A stretch of 64,000 bases of DNA, taken from Pirellulales bacterium. Its GTDB lineage: Bacteria; Planctomycetota; Planctomycetia; Pirellulales; PALSA-1355. Below the pieces are notes generated by a model that saw only the letters and a list, made by a program, of their open reading frames with translations, ran no database searches and was not told the origin of the DNA. A program made the position numbers and the translations under genes. Location of the stretch: assembly GCA_963733035.1 (NCBI GenBank), contig CAVTBU010000007.1, forward strand, positions 687,710-751,709. The letters run 5' to 3'. Positions 51,733-61,608 of the stretch are shown here, piece after piece. Within the stretch, counting starts at the first letter, position 1, and every line of letters begins with the position of its first letter.

Positions 51733-54054
51733 ATGGATGATGCACCCCGGGAAGATCATCGAAGTGACCAGAACGGCCCTTTGAGGCTGGCGGCGGAGCG
51801 TTATGCGCACCGGGGCTGGTCCGTCATTCCGATTCCCCACCGGAGCAAGAACCCAGGCTTCGATGGGTGGCAGCGGCTTCGCCTGACGACGAAGTCAATC
51901 CGCGACCACTTCAACGGCCAGCCCCAGAACATCGGCGTGCTGCTGGGCGAGCCCTCGGGCTGGCTTGTCGACGTCGACCTCGATCATCCGCGGGCCGTAG
52001 AACTGGCGGCCCAGTTTCTGCCGCCGACGCCGGCCGTTTTCGGACGAGCAGGTAAGGAGCGATCTCACTGGCTCTACCGGGCGAATGGGCGGGTTGCGAC
52101 CAAGAAGCACAGAAGCAAGTCGGCCGGCATGATCGTTGAGCTGCGATCGACGGGCGCACAGACGGTCTTACCGCCCAGCACGCACGAGAGCGGCGAGGCC
52201 ATTGCCTGGGTGGACGAGACAGCGGAGCCAGCATCGGTCGATCCCGATGAGCTGCTCGAGTGCGTCAAACGGCTGGCAGATGCGGTGCGTGTGGAATTGG
52301 GCGAGAAACGAGCCGCCGCTAGGAAAAAACGTGCCAAGACTCCCCCAGCCGAACTGCCGTCAACCAGCCCCGTCGAATCTACGGACAAGGCGTCACGTTG
52401 CTTGGCGGCCATGCTGCGGATCACTATTCAAGACCACCGTGATGGATCGCATCGGCTGTTTGTGTGCGCCTGCCGGGCCGTCGAGCATGATTTGGACGAC
52501 GCTACAGCGCTTGCCACGATCAGCCAGTACGCAAGTCAGCGGCCGTTTCCGCGTGGCTGGACCGACCAGGAAATCCTCCAGCGGCTGCGTGACGCTAAGA
52601 AACAATGTCGCCGAGGTGCGGCGCTGCAACTCGACGCTGAGGGCTGTGTGCCGCTCGGCCAGCGGGATCCACAAACCGGCAAATTGGTGCTCTCGCCAAG
52701 ACGCACCCTGCCCACGGCAGACGCCTACGTCCGAGATTTCCATCTCCATCCAGACATCCGTATGCTCCACTGCTACGCCGGCATGCTCATGGCCTGGCAC
52801 AACAACCGTTACGTGGAGATTGAGGACAATGCCGTCAAGAAGGACCTGCAGGCCTGGCTGCACGACTCGCTTCGCTACATTCTCAACCGCCAAACCGGGG
52901 AACTTGAGCTGGTGCAGTACGACTCGAACCCGAGCACGGTCAATGCGGCCCTCGACTCGATTCGCGCCTTTGCACACTTGCCTGTGACCGTTACTTCGCC
53001 ATCCTGGCTCGATGAGGGTGCTGATCGACCGCCGGCCAACGAGATCCTGTCTTGTCGCTCAGCGCTGGTGCATCTGCCTTCGATGCGACAACTTCCGCCG
53101 ACGCCGCTGTTCTTCTCCGTCAACGCACTCGACTTCGACCTCGACCCGCGTGCTCCGGAGCCAATGGCGTGGCACGGCTTCCTGCACCAGCTTTTCGACG
53201 GAGATCTCGAGTCGCTCGAGCTGCTACAAGAATGGTTCGGCTACTGCCTTACCGGCGATACGTCCCAGCAGAAAATGATGCTTATCGTCGGGCCACGACG
53301 AAGCGGCAAGGGCACGATCGCCCGCGTGCTTAGCCGGCTGATCGGCATCGGCAACGTGTGTGGGCCCACTACTTCCAGCTTGGCCAGCCACTTCGGCCTG
53401 CAGCCTTTGATCGGCAAGACGCTGGCCATCGTCAGCGATGCCCGCTTCCACGGCGAGAACATCCCGATCGTGGTCGAACGCCTGCTATGCATCAGCGGCG
53501 AGGACTTGGCGACCGTGGATCGAAAGTTTCTCGGCAGCATCACGATGAAGCTGCCCACGCGGTTCATGTTCTTGACCAACGAACTACCCAGATTGACGGA
53601 TGCCAGCGGAGCCCTGGCCGGTCGCTTCGTAACGTTGCGTCTGACCGAGAGCTTCTACGGCAAGGAGGATACCGGTCTCACAGACCGTCTGCTGGATGAG
53701 CTTCCCGGTATTCTGAACTGGGCGATCGAAGGATGGCGTCGCCTGCACGAGCGGGGCCACTTCCTGATTCCGACGAGCGTGAAGGATGTTGTGCAGGAGA
53801 TCGAGGATCTCTCATCGCCTGTATCAGCATTCGTGCGCGACGAATGTGTTGTCGGGCCCGGACACCGCATTCCAGTGGACGATCTCTACGATGCGTGGCG
53901 GCGATGGTGCGAACAGGAAGGTCGACAGATCGTCACGACCAAGCAGACCTTTGGCCGAGATCTTGCTGCCGCTGTGGCCGGTGTTACACGTCGTCGCGGC
54001 ACCGCCATGCAGCCGTTCTACGAAGGAATCGCGCTGAAATGGTCTCAATCATGA
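51733..54054 (+). CDS. Bifunctional primase-polymerase fused to P4/D5-type SF3 helicase
   Basis: GWSVIP...K.P, NIG, VDVDLD, H.LY, TVLPPS.H (Prim-Pol); LQEWFGY, GPRRSGKGT Walker A, TNELP. GGAG RBS. Confidence 0.9.
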   Translation: MDDAPREDHRSDQNGPLRLAAERYAHRGWSVIPIPHRSKNPGFDGWQRLRLTTKSIRDHFNGQPQNIGVLLGEPSGWLVDVDLDHPRAVELAAQFLPPTPAVFGRAGKERSHWLYRANGRVATKKHRSKSAGMIVELRSTGAQTVLPPSTHESGEAIAWVDETAEPASVDPDELLECVKRLADAVRVELGEKRAAARKKRAKTPPAELPSTSPVESTDKASRCLAAMLRITIQDHRDGSHRLFVCACRAVEHDLDDATALATISQYASQRPFPRGWTDQEILQRLRDAKKQCRRGAALQLDAEGCVPLGQRDPQTGKLVLSPRRTLPTADAYVRDFHLHPDIRMLHCYAGMLMAWHNNRYVEIEDNAVKKDLQAWLHDSLRYILNRQTGELELVQYDSNPSTVNAALDSIRAFAHLPVTVTSPSWLDEGADRPPANEILSCRSALVHLPSMRQLPPTPLFFSVNALDFDLDPRAPEPMAWHGFLHQLFDGDLESLELLQEWFGYCLTGDTSQQKMMLIVGPRRSGKGTIARVLSRLIGIGNVCGPTTSSLASHFGLQPLIGKTLAIVSDARFHGENIPIVVERLLCISGEDLATVDRKFLGSITMKLPTRFMFLTNELPRLTDASGALAGRFVTLRLTESFYGKEDTGLTDRLLDELPGILNWAIEGWRRLHERGHFLIPTSVKDVVQEIEDLSSPVSAFVRDECVVGPGHRIPVDDLYDAWRRWCEQEGRQIVTTKQTFGRDLAAAVAGVTRRRGTAMQPFYEGIALKWSQS

Positions 54055-54099
54055 GAAGCCAGCGAAGTGGCGCGGGCCAGAGAACGCATTTGAAGGGTT

Positions 54100-54209
54100 T
54101 ACTGCCGCGCACTGTCGCGACAGTTTGCATTGCACGCGTGCGCAGGCGCGCGTGCGCGCGGGAGAAACGTAGGGTGCAATGGCGACTGTCGCGACAGTCT
54201 GCGGCAGTA
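54100..54209. repeat. Nested inverted repeat, putative replication origin
   Basis: 36-bp arms (31/36 complementary), each containing the palindrome ACTGTCGCGACAGT, around a 38-nt CG-alternating loop. Confidence 0.75.
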
Positions 54210-54853
54210 GCTGGGCAGGAGACTTCAGGGCAGCCGAAAACTTCCACGAGTTCGAGCCGCTGCCCCAGCCGCCCCACTTGCCTGAGTTTCGGTGAGATAC
54301 ACCCCGACCCAGGAGCGTTTTTGGCGGTACGCCACCTGGGCAGACACGTCCGCCGACGTTGGCCCAGGTTTGCATCCTCTTGTACCAGGGCCCCGTTCGT
54401 CCACCTGGCGCACAGTCGCGGCGAGTGGCCAAACGTCGCGACCAGCCCCCCCGGGGGAACTTAGGTACTTTTTTCGCCGACGGAGATGGTTTCCCACCCC
54501 CACCACGGCCGCGGGAGACAAAGTCCGTCCAGTCGTTGAAGCTGTTTGCCGCGATTTCCTGCCGGTGTCTGCGAAGCGGCCGAACCAGCCGGTCCGTCCT
54601 GGGCTTTTGCATGTGTCCGATTGGGCAAGAGTGGCACGCTGGACGAACGACCTGACTAAGTCGTCGGCCTGACTGATGTCCACAGCATTTTCTACGTCCA
54701 CACAAAAGTCACCCGCCATGTACAAACTCGCTGTTTGGATCGCTACGCAGTGCGGTTGAACCCACTTTAATAGCGGAATGCTCCCGATTTCTGTACAGAT
54801 TTCCCGCGACACCTGCCTCGCTCGCCAAAGTGCACCTTCGAACTGGCTTGGGC

Positions 54854-55549
54854 TTACACCACTGCTCCGAACAGAGCTCCGACTCCCGCCGTGAGCGCCA
54901 TAGCAAGTGCACCCCAAAACGTAACTCGCACGGCGGCTCTCGTCATGGGTGCACCGCCGGCGTGCGCACCGAACGCGCCCAGGAGTGCAAGGACAAAGAT
55001 GGATGTTGTTACCACGACGGGAATCAGTGCCGTCTTGGGCGCGACGAGAACGGACGCCAGAGGCATGGCGGCGCCGATTGCAAAAGTCCCCGCTGAGGCC
55101 AAAGCGGCCTGAACCGGCCGGGCACTCAGCATTTCCGAGATACCCAGCTCGTCGCGGGCGTGAGCGGCCAGCGCATCGTGAGCCATTAGTTGATCCGCGA
55201 CCTGATTCGCCAAGGCAGCATCGAGACCGCGCTTGACGTAGATTGCGGCTAGTTCCGCATGCTCGTCCTCGTCATCGGTGGCGAGCTCTTTGCGTTCTCG
55301 ATTGATGTCGGCTTGCTCAGTATCCGCTTGCGAACTGACGGACACATACTCGCCGGCCGCCATCGACATCGCCCCGGCGACCAGGCCGGCGACTCCCGCG
55401 ACCAAGACATCACTGCCGGCGGCATTTGCCGCTGCAACTCCGACGACGAGACTTGCCGTCGATACGATGCCGTCATTCGCACCCAGCACCGCAGCGCGTA
55501 GCCAGCCGATGCGTTCTGTGCGGTGTCTTTCGATATGGATCGACCTCAT
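54854..55549 (-). CDS. VIT1/CCC1 family transporter
   Basis: LRAAVLGANDGIVS, AGAMSMAAGEYVSVSSQ. Confidence 0.93.
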   Translation of the reverse strand: MRSIHIERHRTERIGWLRAAVLGANDGIVSTASLVVGVAAANAAGSDVLVAGVAGLVAGAMSMAAGEYVSVSSQADTEQADINRERKELATDDEDEHAELAAIYVKRGLDAALANQVADQLMAHDALAAHARDELGISEMLSARPVQAALASAGTFAIGAAMPLASVLVAPKTALIPVVVTTSIFVLALLGAFGAHAGGAPMTRAAVRVTFWGALAMALTAGVGALFGAVV

Positions 55550-55707
55550 GTTTTCGCTCGCCTCGATTGACACCGCGCTGCGCTGCTAATCGCCGACCGC
55601 GACTCAAGCACGTTCACCGCACACTGTGGCAACTTCCATCGCGTGATTACACTTTCTGGAGTTTCAGGCTTTTGTCTGCAGTTCTTAACCTGCTATTTGC
55701 CTAATCA

Positions 55708-55734
55708 CCTCGATTTCATGCGCAGAAATCGAGG
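55708..55734. terminator. Hairpin downstream of the cupin gene
   Basis: CCTCGATTTC-ATGCGCA-GAAATCGAGG, 10-bp perfect stem with no clear U-tail. Confidence 0.4.
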
Positions 55735-55744
55735 CCCATGCCGA

Positions 55745-56167
55745 CTATGGACGAGGGTTCGACTTCATTATGGCGGGCGAGTCGCTGGCCGGAAACGACT
55801 CCTCGCCGGCTTCCTGCACCCTGTCGAGCTGTTCAGGCTCCTTCTTCGGCAACCAAATTGTGATCAACAGTGATGAGTCCTCGATTCCGCTAAACGAATG
55901 TGGCTCATCCGCATCCAAATAGAGGTATTGTCCGGCAATAAGTTCGTGGCTTCTACCGTGGGCGGTAAACCGCACTCGGCCCATCAAGCATTGGACAGTA
56001 ATTGGCCCTGGAGCCTTGTGGGTTGGGGTTTCGTGCCCGGAGACAACCACCAGCTTGACGACTTTGAGGCCGTCAGCCATTACCAGTGTGGCTGTCTTCG
56101 TCGATGGCAGCATTTCTGTGACGAAGAGCTGAACGATATCACCTGATTTTAGATGCGGGATCGACAT
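55745..56167 (-). CDS. Cupin domain protein
   Basis: HKAPGPITVQC..G.V.F, EPHS; AGGAGG RBS. Confidence 0.85.
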   Translation of the reverse strand: MSIPHLKSGDIVQLFVTEMLPSTKTATLVMADGLKVVKLVVVSGHETPTHKAPGPITVQCLMGRVRFTAHGRSHELIAGQYLYLDADEPHSFSGIEDSSLLITIWLPKKEPEQLDRVQEAGEESFPASDSPAIMKSNPRP

Positions 56168-56303
56168 GGGATCCTCCTAGTCAGGGGGCGAGTTGTGCAC
56201 GATCTTCTGCACCTGGTCGCAAGTTTTCCAAGGCGTGCGGTCATTGCGTGTGCTTCGTGAACTGCCAGTGTCGATCGTACTCCCGTCGCATTCCGTTTCT
56301 CCG

Positions 56304-57653
56304 TCAACTGCGATTCACTTGAGTGCGATTTGTATGCGCCGGCAACAACATCAGCAGCGTGACGCCCGCCACCGCGGATACGACTGACGCTAAAAAGATG
56401 CCCAATTTGGCGCTGTCAATCAGGCTCTTGCTGAAGGACAGGTTGGCAATGAACAGTGCCATCGTGAAGCCGATGCCGGCAAGCAGCCCACCCCCAGCTA
56501 GTAACGTCCAGCGAAGCTCCGGGGGGCGTATCGCGATGCCTGACCGCACTGCCAGCCAGCTGAACGTCAGAATTCCAATGGGTTTACCGAGAGCGAATCC
56601 TGCAAACACGGCTATCGTGACGGAATCGGTAAATTCGCCCAAAGACAGCGTCATCCCGGCATTAGCAAACGCAAACAGCGGCATGATCACGAAGCCAACT
56701 AATGGGTGGAGCATCATCTCCAACCGTTCGACTGGCGACAGCGATTCGTGCGCCGCGATCTCGGCCACCTGCAACGTCCTCCGATCCTTTGTGGCACCAC
56801 TCCCCTCGTGACTGGTTGGGTGGGCGATGACTCGGTCCAAAATGGCATACAAACGGTCGTCGCTGATCCATCTGCGGGCCGGTGTCAGTAGCCCGAGTAT
56901 CACGCCAGTGATCGTTGCGTGAATTCCGGACGCATCCACGGCAAGCCAGACCAAGCCGCCTACCACAAAGTATATTGGAACATTTCGGATGCCGACCTGC
57001 GCCATTGCGCGTACGATGGCGATGCCAAGTGCACCCAAGGCGAGCGCACCCCAAGCAATGTGACTGCTGTAGCCAATTGCCACGACCAAAATGGCACCAA
57101 TGTCGTCAACAATCGCCAACGATAGCATGAACACACGCAGGCTTTGGTGAATGCGCGATCCCAGAACGGCCAGGCAACCGATGACAAAGGCGGTGTCGGT
57201 TGCCATCACGGTGCCCCAACCATGCTGGCCGGGATGACCCATTTGCAGTAGCAGATACAACGCGACTGGCACGAGCATGCCACCTAAGGCAGCCGCAATC
57301 GACAATGCTGCCATGCGAGGGTTACGCAGTTCGCCAAGTACAAGTTCTCGCTTTAGTTCCAGGGCGACAAGGAAAAAGAACAAGGTCATTAGGGCGTCGT
57401 TGATCCACTCACGCAGCGAACGAGTGAATTCCAACGAGCCGACCTGTATGCCAACCGGCGTCTCCCAGGCATTCAAAAAAGCGTTGGCCCACGGGGAGTT
57501 GGATAGAGCGAGGGCGGCAACCGTGAAAAACAGAAGAACGACGCCACCGGCGGTCTCGATGTGCAAGAAACGCGCGAACGGTTTTGACACCCGATCAACG
57601 AGTTCCCTCGGTAGCCGAGAGAACTCTGTGTTGGCCTGCAGATCATCACTCAT
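56304..57653 (-). CDS. nhaA: Na+/H+ antiporter NhaA
   Basis: WINDALM, ELKRE, ATDTAF, LAIVDD, FANAG, GKPIG, GIGFTMALFI. Confidence 0.93.
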   Translation of the reverse strand: MSDDLQANTEFSRLPRELVDRVSKPFARFLHIETAGGVVLLFFTVAALALSNSPWANAFLNAWETPVGIQVGSLEFTRSLREWINDALMTLFFFLVALELKRELVLGELRNPRMAALSIAAALGGMLVPVALYLLLQMGHPGQHGWGTVMATDTAFVIGCLAVLGSRIHQSLRVFMLSLAIVDDIGAILVVAIGYSSHIAWGALALGALGIAIVRAMAQVGIRNVPIYFVVGGLVWLAVDASGIHATITGVILGLLTPARRWISDDRLYAILDRVIAHPTSHEGSGATKDRRTLQVAEIAAHESLSPVERLEMMLHPLVGFVIMPLFAFANAGMTLSLGEFTDSVTIAVFAGFALGKPIGILTFSWLAVRSGIAIRPPELRWTLLAGGGLLAGIGFTMALFIANLSFSKSLIDSAKLGIFLASVVSAVAGVTLLMLLPAHTNRTQVNRS

Positions 57654-57841
57654 GGAGAGAGAGGCTCAATGGCTTTTTAGGGATATGTCTGATGGGCGCG
57701 AGACCTTGAGTTGCTCGAACTGTATGCGGGATGCCGGACCGCTGCAAGCAGTAGTTCGGTAGCTTGGCGGCGCAGGCATGCCGCGTCTCAACCCGACGAA
57801 TGGCGTGAAACAAATGACAGGATCGATACGGCCGAGACGAT

Positions 57842-60584
57842 TCAGTCGTGGCGGATCTCTCGCTCGGCCTGAAGCCAGTCCTGATCCGCGTGACCATCGT
57901 GGCGACCTTGCTGCTCGTAGAGTTCATAGGCTCGCTTGGAGATCTGCGGCGTCACATCGGACGATGTCTCGGTTTTACATGCATCAGGCGTCGCCTCGAC
58001 ATTGGTTCCGGGCTTAGGATCGACCTTGGCTTCAGGCTTAGCCCCAGTTTTGACATCGGGCCCCCGCTGGGGTCTGGCTTCCCGTGCGGCCCCAGCTTTG
58101 GCGGGATCCAAAATCCAGTACGCGAGCAGTTTCAGGCGGTCATTCACAAGGAACCACGCGAGAGCATACCCCCAAACGAACAGCGCCCAGCCCCAGCCGA
58201 GCGGCGCCATGAACAACCCATAGACCGCGATCAGCGTTGCCACGATTTGCGTGCCGAGCACGGCTCCAAGAAGTACGCGCGCAGGACGAATCGACCAGAA
58301 CGGGCCGCGTGTGCGGGTTAGAAAAATAGTAAGATGTCCGGCAACGGACAGTTTCAGGTACATCAACGTCTGGATGACCGCGCGGTCGAGTTCAAATACC
58401 ACTTGGCCAAGAAAGAATAGGCCAAATGCAGCCACTACCCCGATGGCACCCAGCACCGTGGAGATGCCCAGCACCAGACGCATATTCCAGGCCTCCGGCT
58501 GATCCCTGTAATGAACGTTGTCGTAGGCGATGGACAGGATGGCGCCATCATTGAGCAACGCGATCATCACAATCATTACCGCGGTCACCGGGTAGAACTT
58601 GAAGATCAGGATCGCTAGTGTCATGAGGAACAGCACGCGCAGCGTCTCGGTGATGCGGTAGATGGCGTAACTGTTCATCCGCTGGAAGATTTTCCGGCTC
58701 TCTTTGATCGCGTCGATGATCACCGACAGGCCGGGCGCTACCAGCACAATGGACGCCGCCGCGCGTGCCGCATCTGTCGCACCCGAAACGGCGATGCCGC
58801 AGTCGGCTTTCTTCAGTGCGGGGGCATCGTTCACCCCGTCGCCCGTCATACCGACGATGTGGCCGCGCTGCTGCAGGACGTCGACAATGTGGAACTTGTG
58901 CTCGGGGAACACCTGGGCGAAACCGTCGGCCTTCTCGATGGACTCGGATACCTCTGCGGTCTCTTGCCTATTCGAGTCACCCAAACTGCTGGCATCAAGG
59001 ATATTGGCGCCCATGCCTAACTTTTTGGCGGTCTCAATGGCGATGGCCAGTGCATCGCCCGTAACCATCTTGATCTTCACTCCCATCTTGCCCGCAGTTG
59101 CGACGGTTGCCTGGGCATCGTCCCTCGGCGGATCGAACAAGGGCAACACACCGATAAGTTGCCATGGCCCGTCTCCGTCGGCCCGCGCTACGCCCAAGGA
59201 ACGAAAACCCCGCGCCGCAAATTCATTGACCGCCTTGTCGACAGCCGACTTCACCTGCCCGGCATTAGCCGACATTGCCACAATCACCTGTGGGGCACCC
59301 TTCGTCACCTTGAACTCATGTCCGTCCGCACCCTTGACCATGGCCTCGGTACGTTTATGCACCGCGTCGAACGGCAGGAAATGGATCGCTTGGTAGCTCT
59401 GTAAGGCTTTGTCGTCCTTCACGCCGCCAAGGACGGCAAGATCAATCGTGTCGTTGTCTTCCGCGCGAAGCCAGCGCACCTGCAAGGATGACCTCGTCGG
59501 CAGGGATACCGTTGACTGTGAATGGATCGCCCAGCGTCAGCTTGTTCTGGGTCAGGGTGCCGGTCTTGTCCGCGCACAGTACATCCACGCCCGCCAATTC
59601 TTCGATGGCCACCAACCGGCTCACGATCGCTTGTTTCTTGGCAAGCAGGCGCGCACCGACGGCCATCGTCACCGACAACACCGTCGGCATGGCCACCGGA
59701 ATGGCCGCGACCGTGAGAATGAGGGCGAATAAGAGGACAGGATCCCTGGGAGGTTTCGCGTAGAGCATCGGTTCGCCGCGGAAAAACCCGACGGTAACAA
59801 TCACCGCCACCAGAACCAGCGCGAGGATGATCAGGTACTTGCCGATCTTCAGTACGGCCTGTTGAAAATGGCTGACGGTGTGCGCCTCCTGTACGAGTTG
59901 CGCCGTCTTGCCGAAGTAGGTGTTGGTGCCCGTGGCAAAGACGAGTGCGCCGATTTCACCCCGACGCATGATCGAGCCGGAGAATACTGCTTCACCGGGC
60001 TTGCGCGTGGCGGGCAGTGACTCTCCCGTCAGCGCGGACTGATCCACCGATACCTCGTCGCCGTCCAGCAAGCGGGCATCCGCTGGAACAATGTCTCCCA
60101 GCCGTAAGCGGATGACGTCGCCCGGCACCAACTCACGCGCCGCAGGGTTGACCCACTTCCCATCCCGCTTCACCCGGGCCTTGATCGCCAAGCTGGCCTT
60201 CAGGGCCGCGATGGCATTGCCCGCCTGGTGTTCTTCCCAGAAGCCGACCACGGCGTTGCAAACGAGCAAAAAGAGGATGATGCCAAAATCTTCCCAGTGC
60301 CCAACCGCGGCCGACAGAATCACTGCCACTTCAATCATCCACGGGATGGGGCCCCAGAAATAGGTGAGGAATTTGAGAATCGGATTGATCTTCTCTTCTT
60401 TAATCTCATTGGGCCCATATTGAGTCAACCGTTTTTGCGCCTCGGCGTGAGTAAGGCCATCCGGCGACGACCCCAGTTTCTTCTCCACATCCGGCATGGG
60501 CAGGTTTTGCAGGTCGTCCTTGGCCGCGGACTTCGATCCTGACTTCGCATCGGGAGCCACAGGCTCGTCGGCAGTAGATTTCAT
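57842..60584 (-). CDS. Plasma-membrane-type proton-efflux P-type ATPase (frameshift at ~59465) with C-terminal DUF2934-like tail
   Basis: TGES, IPVAMPTV, DKTGTLTQN, KGAPQ, TGDGVNDAPALK, LNDGA...YD. Confidence 0.9.
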
Positions 60585-60596
60585 AAGTGTTACCCT

Positions 60597-61601
60597 TCAG
60601 TCCTTTTGTAGCAGCAGGACCAAGCCGACCAATGCAGCCAGCAATGCCCCCCACAGGCCGATGGCGATGCGCGTGGCTTTCGTGGCCCGGTCTTTCTCCC
60701 ACCAGGTCACGGGTCGAATGCCCTGCACTAGAAACGTTGTCACGCCGGCCAGGTTCACGCAAATCAGATTCATCAGAAACAGCAACAACGCACCCATAGC
60801 CAAGGACGCTTGCCCGTCGCCCAGCAGTAGCCCAAACGTCACTAGGGGCGGCAATAGCGCCACGGCCACCATCACCCCGATTAGCGTTGCTGACACGCCC
60901 GTGGTAAACGCCAACGCGCCCGCGCAACCGGACGCCAATGCCACCGCGATGTCGCCCAACCCCACTTGGGTCCGCGACGCCACTTCGGGCGATGCTGGGT
61001 CGATGTGCATCATCACGCCAATGAGCACCGACAACACCATCGCCGTTGCAATCCCGGCCAGATTCGTCAACAGCGCGCGCCGCAGCAGCGACAGGTCACC
61101 CAAGGTCGTGGCGAGCGCAAATGCCACGTTTGGTCCGAGCAGCGGCGCAATCACCATCGCCCCGATGATGATGGCCACGCTGTTGTGCTGCAAACCGATG
61201 GCCGCTACGACGGTGGACAATACCCCCATCGCCAGATAGACCCACGAAAACCGCGCGGCGTCCTTGATGTCCTCGTACAACTCTTCTCGGCCGATCCGCT
61301 CCGGCGATTTTACCTCCGGCGGCGGTTGTCCGGACGCGGCGGCCGGCTCCGGTTCGGCACGCGGCAATGTTGCTTCGACAGGCAGAATCACCACCCGGTT
61401 GCCCTCGCGGCCGGCGTACTCCTGTTCCAACAAATCCAGCACCGCCTCGCACTGTTCCGCATCCAACAGAATCCGCACCAGCACTTCCCCGTCCGATAAC
61501 TGGACCTGCCGGTGTTCGAGCACTTTGTGCTCCTTGAGAAGCTCGCGAACTTTTCCGCCGTCCTTCTCCTTGAGCACCATCTCAATCAAGCGCAGCGCCA
61601 T
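60597..61601 (-). CDS. TIGR00341/DUF389 family membrane protein
   Basis: IIGAMVIAPLLGP, GVMVAVALLPP. Confidence 0.85.
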   Translation of the reverse strand: MALRLIEMVLKEKDGGKVRELLKEHKVLEHRQVQLSDGEVLVRILLDAEQCEAVLDLLEQEYAGREGNRVVILPVEATLPRAEPEPAAASGQPPPEVKSPERIGREELYEDIKDAARFSWVYLAMGVLSTVVAAIGLQHNSVAIIIGAMVIAPLLGPNVAFALATTLGDLSLLRRALLTNLAGIATAMVLSVLIGVMMHIDPASPEVASRTQVGLGDIAVALASGCAGALAFTTGVSATLIGVMVAVALLPPLVTFGLLLGDGQASLAMGALLLFLMNLICVNLAGVTTFLVQGIRPVTWWEKDRATKATRIAIGLWGALLAALVGLVLLLQKD

Positions 61602-61608
61602 CGCGGTG

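Noticed and set aside
54749..54779. dif-like site AGTGCGGTTGAA-CCCACT-TTAATAGCGGAAT at the core/cargo junction
   Set aside because: Weak symmetry, no match to the XerD consensus, and only a single copy.
54049..54917. ORFs of 126-243 aa downstream of the primase
   Set aside because: No motifs, mutually overlapping, and they cross the structured repeat. Treated as non-coding.
51452..57655. Other CATGAG/CTCATG hexamers (about 51453, 54050, 55545, 57649)
   Set aside because: They coincide with start or stop codons and lack flanking similarity to the res-like sites.
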